DNA from: a virus
Length of the DNA stretch: 64,000 bases
IMG/VR virus record: IMGVR_UViG_3300035145_004174
Span: 37,072 to 101,071 of that record
Reading direction: 5' to 3' (one strand)
Shown here: piece after piece, positions 29,490-38,738 of the stretch
How the letters are laid out: every line of letters starts with the position of its first letter
Numbering within the stretch: position 1 is the first letter of the stretch
The notes under the pieces: model-generated
Told to the model about the DNA's origin: nothing
Databases searched by the model: none
Seen by the model: only the letters and a program-made list of their open reading frames with translations
Made by a program: the position numbers and the translations under genes

Positions 29490-29999
29490 ATGTTTGTACA
29501 TAAGTTTGATAAGAGAAACGCGGCATCTATTGGTAATAGAGCTGAAAGAATTTTTGTATCTCTTGCTGGAGCAAGGGGTTATAAAATAAAACCGTCATCT
29601 ACTACAGATAATAAAATTAAAAGAGTCGATTTTTATTTAGAAAAAAATTCCCAAATCAAAGGAGTTGATGTAAAATCAAGGAAGAAAATATGCTATTATG
29701 ATAAAGATTATAATGATGATTGGACTTGGGTCGAATTTAAAAACGGAGATGGCTTTAAAGGATGGCTATATGGAGAAGCAAATTATATAGCATTTGAGAA
29801 AAAAGATTATTTTATCGTAGTAGACAGAATCTCCTTGAAAAACTTAAGTGAATCTCTTATTGATAGAAATAAAGAATTTGTGAAAGATTGTTATAATGCC
29901 AAATATAGAATTTACCAAAGAAGAGATCAAGAAGAAATTTCGTTAATAAAAACTTCAGATATTAAAAAAATTAAAAGAAAAGCAATTTGGAAAAAATGA
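29490..29999 (+). CDS. PD-(D/E)XK endonuclease (possible junction resolvase)
   Basis: GNRAE...VDF...VDVKS...WVEF...GWLYG. Confidence 0.65.
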   Translation: MFVHKFDKRNAASIGNRAERIFVSLAGARGYKIKPSSTTDNKIKRVDFYLEKNSQIKGVDVKSRKKICYYDKDYNDDWTWVEFKNGDGFKGWLYGEANYIAFEKKDYFIVVDRISLKNLSESLIDRNKEFVKDCYNAKYRIYQRRDQEEISLIKTSDIKKIKRKAIWKK

Positions 30000-30214
30000 A
30001 TTTTGACGAACAGACAGATGCCTTTAGATTCGACTTAGATGACCTTTGTGATAGGTATTTAGAAGAGTTTGATATTAATATATTTACTCAAGTAGGAGCT
30101 TTAGAAGAAAAAAAACTTGAACTTTCAAGAATAATTGATACTATAGAAGAAAAAAAGATAGAACTTTTAGGTGAAGATATTGAATTCGAAGTAGACGAAG
30201 ACTTTTTTAATTAA
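29987..30214 (+). CDS. small acidic hypothetical protein
   Basis: Coupled ORF with internal repeat LEEKKLEL/IEEKKIEL. Confidence 0.55.
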   Translation: MEKMNFDEQTDAFRFDLDDLCDRYLEEFDINIFTQVGALEEKKLELSRIIDTIEEKKIELLGEDIEFEVDEDFFN

Positions 30215-30241
30215 TTTTTTTTAGTAACAAACAAACTAATA

Positions 30242-30889
30242 ATGAAAACAAAAACATATATTACGGCACTTTTGTGCCTGATTTCTAACGTCGTCGTTGC
30301 TGGCACAGGCTCAGCAGGACTAGGATATTCTTCTGATTACTTCAGAAGAGGGGCTTTGCTTTCCGAGCAAGCTATTCAGTCCAACATTGGCTATTCTCAG
30401 TCATTGGCAGGTCTAGATTGGTCTGTTGGAGCATCGACAAATCAACCTGTTTCAGTAGGAGAAGACTCTTACATAATTGAAGGGGGAGCTTCTGCTCAAG
30501 TTGGCGAACTTCTGGGTCTTTATGTTGGTCTTCAGCACTTCGAACAGCGCTCTGGCGATGCTACCCTTGAAGTCAATGCGGTAATCTCTTTAGATACACT
30601 ACTTAGTCCTAGTGTTTCGGTCTTTAGAGATACTGACGATGAGCTATATACCTACGAACTAGGTGTGTCTCATTCGATTAATGTCGATTTTGCTGAATTG
30701 GGATTTTCTGCTCTTTACGGAATTACTGATGTAACAGAGAACAATGAAGAAGATTACTATTCTTTAGGAGTTGTTGCGAGCAAATCTCTTTCTGCTAATA
30801 CTGACCTTCAGTTGGGTTATGATTATGTTGATTCCGACTTGATTGATGATGAATCTATCTTGTCTGCATCAATTTCATTCTCCTTCTAA
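30242..30889 (+). CDS. outer-membrane beta-barrel protein (TorF/Gcw_chp-like)
   Basis: Signal peptide, YSSDYFRRG motif, alternating amphipathic strands, C-terminal ISFSF beta-signal. Confidence 0.75.
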   Translation: MKTKTYITALLCLISNVVVAGTGSAGLGYSSDYFRRGALLSEQAIQSNIGYSQSLAGLDWSVGASTNQPVSVGEDSYIIEGGASAQVGELLGLYVGLQHFEQRSGDATLEVNAVISLDTLLSPSVSVFRDTDDELYTYELGVSHSINVDFAELGFSALYGITDVTENNEEDYYSLGVVASKSLSANTDLQLGYDYVDSDLIDDESILSASISFSF

Positions 30890-30917
30890 TTGAAACATTT
30901 CAAACCATAATAAAAAA

Positions 30918-31175
30918 ATGAGTGAAGTAGTAAATAAAATCAAATGTGCCGTTTGTGGCATCAGCGCCGTACTATTGTCCGTTATCGGGCTTTTAGTACT
31001 CTCCCAAGTTGTTTTCGGAGCAAATGCGGGTATCGACGTAATCGGTAACCTTCAAGCTATCGTAAATGGATTTGTAGGTCCAGGAGCAAGCCTTGCTGGA
31101 GTTATTACTCTTGTCTTAGTTGTTGCCGTTCTTGGTAAACAAACTGAAGGGAATTGCCCTAACAACAAAAAGTAA
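30918..31175 (+). CDS. small inner-membrane protein
   Basis: Two hydrophobic helices flanking QVVFG..DVIGNL. Confidence 0.7.
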   Translation: MSEVVNKIKCAVCGISAVLLSVIGLLVLSQVVFGANAGIDVIGNLQAIVNGFVGPGASLAGVITLVLVVAVLGKQTEGNCPNNKK

Positions 31176-31199
31176 TTATACTTAATTAAGTTATAATTC

Positions 31200-31229
31200 A
31201 CCCCCCCTCGAAAGAGGGGGGTTTTTTTT
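31200..31229 (+). terminator. intrinsic terminator
   Basis: CCCCCCTC-GAAA-GAGGGGGG followed by T8. Confidence 0.9.
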
Positions 31230-31261
31230 GTATTTTTTATTTTTTGTGTTATAATCTTATT

Positions 31262-31753
31262 ATGCATTTTACGGATAAATTTTTATTTATAGTGTATTAT
31301 ACATTATACCTTGATAAGCCTAGATTCTATAAAAGTTTTATATGTTCGGTAAACAAATCTGAAGCAAAAAATATTTTCTTAGTAAAGATAAAAAGAGACT
31401 TAAAAAATATAGATGTCAGAAATATTAGATGTATTAAAATGAACAAGTCAAAGTACAAAGGTTCTTCAATATCAGATAAAGAATGGGAGTATTTAAAGAA
31501 AGCCTCGTACCCAAATAAATCTCATAAAATGCAAAGATTCCACAAAGACTCTTGGTTTAAGAAAAAAACTTACAAAAACAGAAACTCAAACGGAACATTC
31601 AAGACAGGCAATGTGCCTTGGAATAAAGATTTTAAAATTTTAATAACTAAAAAAAACTCCAAAGGAAGATTTGTTCAAGCTAGAGATTCTTTAGGTAGGT
31701 TCAAAAAGGGTAATCAACCTATTTTAATTGGATCAAAAAATGAAAAGTCTTAA
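31262..31753 (+). CDS. domain-X protein with three xxxG(R/T)F repeats (NUMOD-like)
   Basis: YYT...FICSVNKSEAKNIF...EWEYLKKASYPN, then RNSNGTFKTGNVPWNK, KNSKGRF, RDSLGRFKKGN. TGTTATAAT extended -10 ends 7 nt before the ATG at 31262. Confidence 0.6.
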   Translation: MHFTDKFLFIVYYTLYLDKPRFYKSFICSVNKSEAKNIFLVKIKRDLKNIDVRNIRCIKMNKSKYKGSSISDKEWEYLKKASYPNKSHKMQRFHKDSWFKKKTYKNRNSNGTFKTGNVPWNKDFKILITKKNSKGRFVQARDSLGRFKKGNQPILIGSKNEKS

Positions 31754-32108
31754 AAAATATTTAGATAGTAAAAATTATAAAACAATTTTCAATCAATTTC
31801 ACTCTGTTTTTTTAAAGGGTAATTATACCGATGATGAAATTCAATTAGTTGCTATCAAATTTAGCAATTTATTATCTTTGATAAAAGAGTACTCCACAAA
31901 AGAAGAAAAACTTTATGTCAAAAAAAATGAATATGGTTTAATTGAAGTATATGGATCTCTTGATTCAAATAAACCTTTAAAGATTGAATTGAAAATTCCT
32001 GAATATATAGAGAGAATATCTTCCTCAGAAATCGTAAACCAAAGCAATATAGATAATAATATTTTATATTTATATTTAATAAATGAACTTATCGAAAATT
32101 TTGAATGA
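31740..32108 (+). CDS. hypothetical protein
   Basis: Overlap-coupled ORF. Confidence 0.55.
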   Translation: MKSLKKYLDSKNYKTIFNQFHSVFLKGNYTDDEIQLVAIKFSNLLSLIKEYSTKEEKLYVKKNEYGLIEVYGSLDSNKPLKIELKIPEYIERISSSEIVNQSNIDNNILYLYLINELIENFE

Positions 32109-33259
32109 AAATAGTGCATAATATAAATTTGAACGACAAAAGTTCTATAATTAAAAGAACCGAGTGTTATTTAAACTTACTGTTAAATTTAAAAAATAAA
32201 GGTTGCGATTTAGTTTATAAAGAATTTGATTTAGTAGATAAATCGGAGCTTATAGAGAGCTGTGATGTATTAATTTATAACCCCTTGAATAGAAAGGTTA
32301 CAGTTCGTGATATAAAGCCCCCTCCTAAAGGTTGTCAAATTAAAAAAATAATTTTTCTTTCGGATAATGAGCTGTTCCCCACTGAACGTTTATTTTTTAA
32401 TTTAAATCGGCGTTTGCCTTTACTATATAAATGTAAAAATGTATTTGTTTTAACACAGGACAAACTGCCTAGCGAAAAAGAAGAATGGATAGGTTACATA
32501 AACCGATGCTGGCTCCAAGGTATGGATGTTGCTCTTTTTCCAAAAAAATCATATACTTTAACTCCTGAATCTAATCCTTATTTTCTCTTTAATACTACTT
32601 TTGGAACAACTACCGCAAATAAGTATCACTTTTATTCAAAGTTAAGCTCTAGCAAATTGCTTTCTCATAAAAAAGTCGCTCACTTATGCGGATCAATTTG
32701 GACTGGCAAAAACAAAAGAACTATACGTGACCTTCGGAAACTAAATTTGCAAACAAAAAATTTAAATATTTTTAATAAAAAAATTTTTATAGATAGAGAA
32801 GAAGTTAGCCGAGAGAATATGAATGATTATTTGGTAAAATCAGGAATCGATCCTGATACTGAACCAAATCAATTATATATGATGCTTAATAGCAGATTTA
32901 CATTAACTATTGAAAGCGAATCTGCGAACTATCGTAGGTATACAGAGAAATCTATGAAACCTATTGCCATACGTCAACCCTTTCTTATTCGTGGAAACTA
33001 TAAAGTTCTAGATTTGCTAAAAGAAGACGGATTCAAAACATTCCATCCTTTTATAGATGAATCTTATGATAACATAAGTAATTTTAACGAAAGAGATGAT
33101 TTTATTATTAAAGAAGTCGAACGTTTAATGAGTTTATCTTTAGATGAATGGCAAAATTTACTTGAAAAAATATCACCAATTTTAGATCATAATCATAAGC
33201 ACTTATCAAATATCAAACAATTGTATGAAAATAATTTATTAAAATATATAGAAATATAG
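32105..33259 (+). CDS. GT10-like glycosyltransferase-related protein
   Basis: TIESE...YTEKSMKPI...PFLI.G...L...GFKTF...IDESYD resembles the GT10 TEK motif region. Confidence 0.55.
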   Translation: MKIVHNINLNDKSSIIKRTECYLNLLLNLKNKGCDLVYKEFDLVDKSELIESCDVLIYNPLNRKVTVRDIKPPPKGCQIKKIIFLSDNELFPTERLFFNLNRRLPLLYKCKNVFVLTQDKLPSEKEEWIGYINRCWLQGMDVALFPKKSYTLTPESNPYFLFNTTFGTTTANKYHFYSKLSSSKLLSHKKVAHLCGSIWTGKNKRTIRDLRKLNLQTKNLNIFNKKIFIDREEVSRENMNDYLVKSGIDPDTEPNQLYMMLNSRFTLTIESESANYRRYTEKSMKPIAIRQPFLIRGNYKVLDLLKEDGFKTFHPFIDESYDNISNFNERDDFIIKEVERLMSLSLDEWQNLLEKISPILDHNHKHLSNIKQLYENNLLKYIEI

Positions 33260-33289
33260 TAAAATTGATAGATTATAATGAAAGTTTAA

Positions 33290-33853
33290 ATGAAAAAATA
33301 TCAAAAAAGAAAAGAAGATATAATAAGATTAAGAAAAGAGGGTAAAACTTACTCAGAAATACAAGAAGAAATAGGGTGTTCTAAATCTACAATATCATAC
33401 CATTGCTCAGAAGATGGGAATGAAAAGAAAAGAACTAAACAAAGAAATAAAACAATTAATCATAAATTAAGTAGAAAAATAACTGCATTTAAATCTAGAT
33501 GTACTAGAGAAAATTATCAAACTTTTAGATCAAAAGTTAAAACTTATAAAAGAAGCGGAACGTCAAATTATACCCATTCTGTAGTAAATAATTTAAAAAA
33601 GAATTTTACAACCAAAGATGTTATTAAAAAAATAGGAGAAAATCCAGTATGCTATTTAACTGGAGAAAAAATAGATTTAAATAAACCTCACACATTTCAA
33701 TTTGATCACATAATCCCCACTTCGAAAGGCGGAACAAATGATCTTGAAAACTTGAACATTTGCATTAAGGAAGCTAATTTTGCAAAGGGAGATATGTCTG
33801 TTGACGAGTTAAAATGTCTGTGTGAAAAAATATTAAAACATTTAAGCAAATAA
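33290..33853 (+). CDS. HNH endonuclease with N-terminal HTH
   Basis: GKTYSEIQEEIGCSKSTISYH; CYLTG...FDHIIPTSKGGTNDLENL...AN.AK. Confidence 0.85.
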   Translation: MKKYQKRKEDIIRLRKEGKTYSEIQEEIGCSKSTISYHCSEDGNEKKRTKQRNKTINHKLSRKITAFKSRCTRENYQTFRSKVKTYKRSGTSNYTHSVVNNLKKNFTTKDVIKKIGENPVCYLTGEKIDLNKPHTFQFDHIIPTSKGGTNDLENLNICIKEANFAKGDMSVDELKCLCEKILKHLSK

Positions 33854-33857
33854 AAAT

Positions 33858-34049
33858 GTGAAAAAACTTTGGTTGATTTGGGCGAGAACATTAGATCATC
33901 GAGTTGGAAAGACAGATGAAGATCAGCCCGACATACCTATCCTTTCACTAAAAGAGGCTAGATTTAGCTTGATCTTAAGAAGTTTTATAGTCGTTTTAAA
34001 TATGGTGACTTGCATTTTTATTATTTTAAACGTGATTAGACATTGGTAA
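33858..34049 (+). CDS. small membrane protein
   Basis: GTG start, C-terminal TM ending IRHW. Confidence 0.5.
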   Translation: MKKLWLIWARTLDHRVGKTDEDQPDIPILSLKEARFSLILRSFIVVLNMVTCIFIILNVIRHW

Positions 34050-34444
34050 TGGATGAAAAAAAAGTACCCGACAATGTCGCGCCAAACCCTCACTCTCTTC
34101 CTTATGGTAGTAATTTGGGCGCTCCTGTTATTAAGCCCGACCATAGTTTGGTTGGCTGGAAAGTTGGAGCAGTTCATCGAGCAAATAAACATTATGAAGA
34201 AAGATTCAACAAGTTAAAAAAAGAGTTCGAGCAACTTTCTGAAGATGTTAAGTGGAATGAAATAATATTTAATGCGGAGATGAGAATGAAGCCTGTAATT
34301 GGGCAGGTTTACTATCTATACAAAAAAGATAACGAACAATATTTCATGAGCCTATTTGCTCCTAACGAATGTTCTTGGGGTGAAAAATTTGTAAATAGTT
34401 TTATTTTGAATTATGATAATAGATGGGATATTATTAAAACATGA
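34043..34444 (+). CDS. DUF2452-like protein
   Basis: LPYGSNLGAP...KPVIGQVYYLY...SLFAPNE.SW. Confidence 0.6.
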   Translation: MVMDEKKVPDNVAPNPHSLPYGSNLGAPVIKPDHSLVGWKVGAVHRANKHYEERFNKLKKEFEQLSEDVKWNEIIFNAEMRMKPVIGQVYYLYKKDNEQYFMSLFAPNECSWGEKFVNSFILNYDNRWDIIKT

Positions 34445-34581
34445 AAGAGAAATCAACAAAACAAAATAAACAAATAAAATCTAAACCAAAACATCAAAAT
34501 GGAAAAGGCTCTGCCCCAAGAAATATATCTGAAAATTTTAAAAAAAATTATGAGCAAATAAATTGGAGCAAAAACAAATAA
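34441..34581 (+). CDS. 46-aa basic peptide (not in ORF track)
   Basis: MKEKSTK...NGKGSAPRNISENFKKNYEQINWSKNK; ATGA overlap with the upstream gene. Confidence 0.6.
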   Translation: MKEKSTKQNKQIKSKPKHQNGKGSAPRNISENFKKNYEQINWSKNK

Positions 34582-34595
34582 TTTATTGAACTTTT

Positions 34596-35333
34596 ATGAA
34601 TGTAGCATCGTTTTGTCTTTATGGAAATACTGAAAAGTATTTTGGTGGAGCGCTCAGAAATGCTGAGATGAAAAATGACTATTTTCCAGATTGGGAAATG
34701 AGACTATATCATGATAATTCTCTTTCTTTGGAAAACAAAAGAAAGTTAGAAAAACATGATGTAAATCTAATTAACATTGAGAATCAAAATGATGGATTAT
34801 TTTATCCACGATCCAGTGATTCCTCCACATATGGAATGTTTTGGAGATTTCTTCCATCTTCTGATTCTAATATTGATTACTTTACTTCTAGAGATTGTGA
34901 TTCTAGATTTACCGAAAGAGAAGTTTGTGCAGTAAATGAATGGATAGAATCGGAAAAACCCTTTCACATTATTAGAGATCATCCACGAGGACATGGTTGG
35001 TTAATTAATGGTGGTATGTGGGGATCTGTTGGTGGATTTATTGAAAATATAAGTGATTCTATTAATCAATTTCTTAAATCAAGCTCAAAAGCACACATAC
35101 GAGGTTCTGACCAATGGTTTCTAAAGGAGTGTATTTACCCTGTTGTTAAATCTCATGCCTTTGTTCATGATGAATATTTTAATTATGAACGAACATCAGT
35201 TCCAATTAAAAGGGATCGAAAATTAGATAACTTTGCTTTTATTGGAGAACCATTTGATAGCAACGATAATTATAATCAGATTCACCGTGATATGATCATT
35301 GCGAGGTCTTCTAAAAAAAAAGAATTCGTCTGA
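34596..35333 (+). CDS. putative glycosyltransferase (GT-A-like)
   Basis: SFCLYG, MFWRFLP, SRDCDSR (DxD), FHIIRDHP, GGMWG, DQWFL. Confidence 0.55.
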   Translation: MNVASFCLYGNTEKYFGGALRNAEMKNDYFPDWEMRLYHDNSLSLENKRKLEKHDVNLINIENQNDGLFYPRSSDSSTYGMFWRFLPSSDSNIDYFTSRDCDSRFTEREVCAVNEWIESEKPFHIIRDHPRGHGWLINGGMWGSVGGFIENISDSINQFLKSSSKAHIRGSDQWFLKECIYPVVKSHAFVHDEYFNYERTSVPIKRDRKLDNFAFIGEPFDSNDNYNQIHRDMIIARSSKKKEFV

Positions 35334-35414
35334 AATAATTATTTAAAAAAACACTTGATAAATTAAAGAATGTCCCTCATAATAGAGAAAATATAACTTT
35401 AAATTTTTGGTAAA

Positions 35415-35801
35415 ATGAAATTATCACTTACATTACATAATAAAACTTATAGTGTTGAATCTGACGAAGGTTACGATGGGTCAAATGTTTATGAGCTTGC
35501 CGAACAATTCAAGGGATTGCTCGTCAATGCGGGATTTCATCCGTCTAATGTTGATAGTATTTTTGATTTAGACTATCAATGGTTTACTGATGAAGAAAAT
35601 GAAGGTAATATGCAAGGTCACTTGACTCATTCAAATAAATTTGTCAGTAAATGGCATGATGATTGCCTTAAAGAAAACTCAAGAGCATACGAATATCACG
35701 AACAACTAGAAAAAGAAAAAAGAATAGAAGAGTTTCAAGATAATTTATATAAGTCCGATCACATTGATATGGAAAACAACAAAATAGAAGATTCTGAATA
35801 A
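35415..35801 (+). CDS. hypothetical protein
   Basis: Preceded by TTGATA-17-CATAAT at 35355. Confidence 0.6.
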   Translation: MKLSLTLHNKTYSVESDEGYDGSNVYELAEQFKGLLVNAGFHPSNVDSIFDLDYQWFTDEENEGNMQGHLTHSNKFVSKWHDDCLKENSRAYEYHEQLEKEKRIEEFQDNLYKSDHIDMENNKIEDSE

Positions 35802-35989
35802 TGATACAAATAGAAGATGCTAATAATGAAAAATATTTCATTAATCCTAAGAACGTCGTTTATGTAAAAGAAAGAGTTGACCCCGTAAAAAAAGACAAGT
35901 GGTGGAAAATTACTTTTGTAAATGGGGAGCAGTTGCATACAAAAAATGAGCAAGGTGTTTGCTCTATAATTGATGCTATCAGAAGGTAA
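35801..35989 (+). CDS. small beta-rich hypothetical protein
   Basis: YFINPKNVVYV...ITFVNG pattern; TAATG-coupled. Confidence 0.55.
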   Translation: MIQIEDANNEKYFINPKNVVYVKERVDPVKKDKWWKITFVNGEQLHTKNEQGVCSIIDAIRR

Positions 35990-35993
35990 TTTT

Positions 35994-36070
35994 ACAGGAG
36001 TAGCTCAGTTGGATAGAGCATCTGCCTTCTAAGCAGAATGTCGTGAGTTCAAGTCTCACCTCCTGTGCCA
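35994..36070 (+). tRNA. tRNA-Arg(UCU)
   Basis: Acceptor ACAGGAG/CTCCTGT, D-arm GCTC/GAGC, anticodon loop CTTCTAA, T-loop TTCAAGT, encoded CCA. Confidence 0.95.
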
Positions 36071-36072
36071 TT

Positions 36073-36651
36073 TTATAATATAATAAATTTAATATATTCT
36101 TGGTTTGGGTAATTTTGCAACTCTATATATTCACCTGTTTGCGGTTCAAATATATACCAAGCTCTAGTTGTGAAAACTAAATTGAGCATATGTAATCCAC
36201 CCGATGGAATACCCCCAAATGGATTTTCTTGCATTACGATTACTGATGCTACCGCAAATTCTTGAGAATTATTAGAAGCATATGCCCCGACACTAAATAA
36301 AGACTTATATAACATTGCAAAGTTATCACAATCAATTATTTCGTTTTGATTTATGGGCATAATCCCATTTTGAAAAACTATTTTCTTAAACCATTTATTA
36401 AATTTTTTAAAATAAAAGTAATCAACAGATTGGTACTTGCTATCAAGTATTAACATTCCAACATCTTTAGGAACTTTTATGTTAATTGAATTATGACCCT
36501 TTTGATGATTAAAATGATAACCCAACCTCTTTCTGTCAAATATTGTGTAGGATTGTTCGTTTCCTATTTTGGGTATATCGTTAATTTCATTAAAATCTCT
36601 ATTCAAGCAGGATGGTGTTAAGAATAGCAGTAATATTAATAATATTTTCAT
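36073..36651 (-). CDS. lipoprotein with a papain/transglutaminase-like Cys-His-Glu triad
   Basis: Lipobox LTPSC; DCDNFA, GLHMLN, IFEPQ. Confidence 0.6.
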   Translation of the reverse strand: MKILLILLLFLTPSCLNRDFNEINDIPKIGNEQSYTIFDRKRLGYHFNHQKGHNSINIKVPKDVGMLILDSKYQSVDYFYFKKFNKWFKKIVFQNGIMPINQNEIIDCDNFAMLYKSLFSVGAYASNNSQEFAVASVIVMQENPFGGIPSGGLHMLNLVFTTRAWYIFEPQTGEYIELQNYPNQEYIKFIIL

Positions 36652-36902
36652 TTGTTTATTTTTTCATGTATAGATTCAATTTTCTCAAATATCTTTACTA
36701 TATCGAGTCTTCTGTCTTCTAGTAATTTTTGAGTTTCTCTCCATCTTTCTGAATCTTTTGCAGAATTTTTTGCTAATTCTATTTCCATGTGTCTGATTTT
36801 TGTTGATAATTTATCAATTTTAACACTTTCTTTTTTTAAGAAAAATGCTACAACTGAAACCATTATGCCCAAGCAGACAAAAAGTATTTCTTGTATTTCC
36901 AT
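36648..36902 (-). CDS. single-TM coiled-coil protein (holin-like?)
   Basis: GGAGG RBS before the ATG at 36902; N-terminal TM then coiled coil. Confidence 0.55.
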   Translation of the reverse strand: MEIQEILFVCLGIMVSVVAFFLKKESVKIDKLSTKIRHMEIELAKNSAKDSERWRETQKLLEDRRLDIVKIFEKIESIHEKINK

Positions 36903-36940
36903 TTGTTTCCTCCCTTTTATTATATTACACCAAAAAAAAC

Positions 36941-36969
36941 TTGACAATGAAGATTCTATACCCTATAGT
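36941..36969 (+). promoter_or_regulatory. sigma70 promoter, leaderless (uvsE)
   Basis: TTGACA-17-TATAGT; ATG at 36977. Confidence 0.75.
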
Positions 36970-36976
36970 ACGAAAT

Positions 36977-37984
36977 ATGACTACATTAGGATTAACTTGT
37001 ATTAGTGAGCAATTAAAAGATAAAGACAAGAAAGTTTACTCGTTTCGCACAATGACACGCAAACGTTTCAACGACTTGTGTAATAAGGAAGGTAGACATG
37101 AAGCAATTAAGGAATTATCTGATAGAATTTTGCATAATGTTGTTGTTACTCAACATATTATCCATCATTGCGCTAAGTCAAACATTGGGCATTATCGTGT
37201 TAGTTCTGCTCTTTTCCCTCTCGTTACCGATGAAACTTTGGAAATTGATCTTGAAGAATTGCCCGATATTGAAGAAATTGACCAAACATTACGACAAGTA
37301 GGCATAATTGCCAAGACTCTTGGTATCAGTATGGGTTCTCATCCCGATCAATTCAATGTTCTTGCTTCCCCTAATAGAGAAGCCGTAAACAGAACTATTC
37401 GTGAACTAAATATGCAAGCTAGTGTGCTTGACAAAATGGGTTTACCTCAAGATCATACTGCACCCATGAATATCCACGTCAATTATACTCCCAAGATGGA
37501 TGAAACTTTAGAGATTGTTGCTACTAGATTTTTTCGCAATCTCGCAATGTGCAATAGTGGTGTTTACAATCGTCTTACTATCGAGAACGAAGACAAAGGT
37601 TTCTTTAATGTAGATAATTGCATTAAATTCAGCGAGTATTTATTTGCGGTTCATGGTGTTAATCTTCCTGTTTGCTACGATAATCTTCATGATTTTTGCA
37701 ACCCATCAGAAGATCGTAGTGTTGCATTTCAAGCAGAACGTTGTGCGCATACATGGATAGCTCAAGGTAATAGTGAAGGTAATTTTATTGCTCCTGTCTT
37801 CCATTGGTCAGAAGGCACTCCCCAAAAACCTCGCGCTCATGCAGACTACTTTGCTCTAGGAAATTTTCCACCTCATATCGCCATTGAACCCGACAAACCT
37901 GCCAAGTGGGAATGTGAAGTAAAGGCTAAAGACAAAGCTATCGCATTGTTAATTCAGAATCAGCTTAAAACAACTTATGCTTGA
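36977..37984 (+). CDS. uvsE: UV-damage endonuclease
   Basis: LGLTCI, YRVSSALFP, SHPDQFNVLAS, MNIH, RLTIENEDK, YDNLH, FHWSE, RAHADY, ECEVKAKD; start reassigned to MTTLG. Confidence 0.92.
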   Translation: MTTLGLTCISEQLKDKDKKVYSFRTMTRKRFNDLCNKEGRHEAIKELSDRILHNVVVTQHIIHHCAKSNIGHYRVSSALFPLVTDETLEIDLEELPDIEEIDQTLRQVGIIAKTLGISMGSHPDQFNVLASPNREAVNRTIRELNMQASVLDKMGLPQDHTAPMNIHVNYTPKMDETLEIVATRFFRNLAMCNSGVYNRLTIENEDKGFFNVDNCIKFSEYLFAVHGVNLPVCYDNLHDFCNPSEDRSVAFQAERCAHTWIAQGNSEGNFIAPVFHWSEGTPQKPRAHADYFALGNFPPHIAIEPDKPAKWECEVKAKDKAIALLIQNQLKTTYA

Positions 37985-37987
37985 GTT

Positions 37988-38737
37988 ATGAACCCAAGAG
38001 TTCATTGCATTTCTTATTTTAATGATAGGTTTGAAAAATCTAGTGCAAGACTTCGTTCTGAAGCTAGTGAATTTAAAGAATTTTTAAATTTCAAGTTATT
38101 ACAAAGTAAAAATTTACCCGAAAGTTTCCGAAAAGAATTTAAAAAAATTTTAAACAAAAAAAAGGGAGCGGGATTTTGGATATGGAAACCTTTCATAATA
38201 AAACATCAGCTAGATTTAATAAAAAATGGTGAATACTTATTATATTTAGATGCAGGTTGTACTATAAACAAAAAAGGCAAAGGCAGATATTTTGAATATT
38301 TAAATATGTTAAATAGTTCAGATATTGGTTGTATATCTTTTAAGTTCAATAACTCTTGGCGTCCCGAAAAACATTGGACTACAAATGAAATATTTAAATA
38401 TTTTGGAGTCAAAGATGCTTCTATAAAAAATACAGGTCAGTTTATAAGTACAATCCACATTCTTCAAAAAAAAGAGCATAGTGTTTTTTTAGTTGACAAA
38501 TGGATTCAGACCCTCTATGATGATAGAGAATTATTTACAGATCATTATGCAAACAACCAAAAACTATTTTTTAAAAAAAATAGGCACGACCAAAGTGTTT
38601 TCTCCGTTTTACGAAAAATACATGGCTCTTTGGTTTTATCTGATGAATCTAAATTTTTAAACAATACTGAATCTATGTTAGATGATGGTAAAAAATACAA
38701 ATACCCATTTTGGGCTACTAAAATAAAAGATTATTAA
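37988..38737 (+). CDS. putative glycosyltransferase (GT-A-like)
   Basis: GAGFWIWKPFII, LLYLDAG, RHDQSVFS. Confidence 0.55.
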   Translation: MNPRVHCISYFNDRFEKSSARLRSEASEFKEFLNFKLLQSKNLPESFRKEFKKILNKKKGAGFWIWKPFIIKHQLDLIKNGEYLLYLDAGCTINKKGKGRYFEYLNMLNSSDIGCISFKFNNSWRPEKHWTTNEIFKYFGVKDASIKNTGQFISTIHILQKKEHSVFLVDKWIQTLYDDRELFTDHYANNQKLFFKKNRHDQSVFSVLRKIHGSLVLSDESKFLNNTESMLDDGKKYKYPFWATKIKDY

Positions 38738-38738
38738 A

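Noticed and set aside
36845-36976. Long N-terminal extension of UvsE
   Set aside because: It overlaps an opposite-strand gene and the promoter; the conserved start is MTTLG at 36977.
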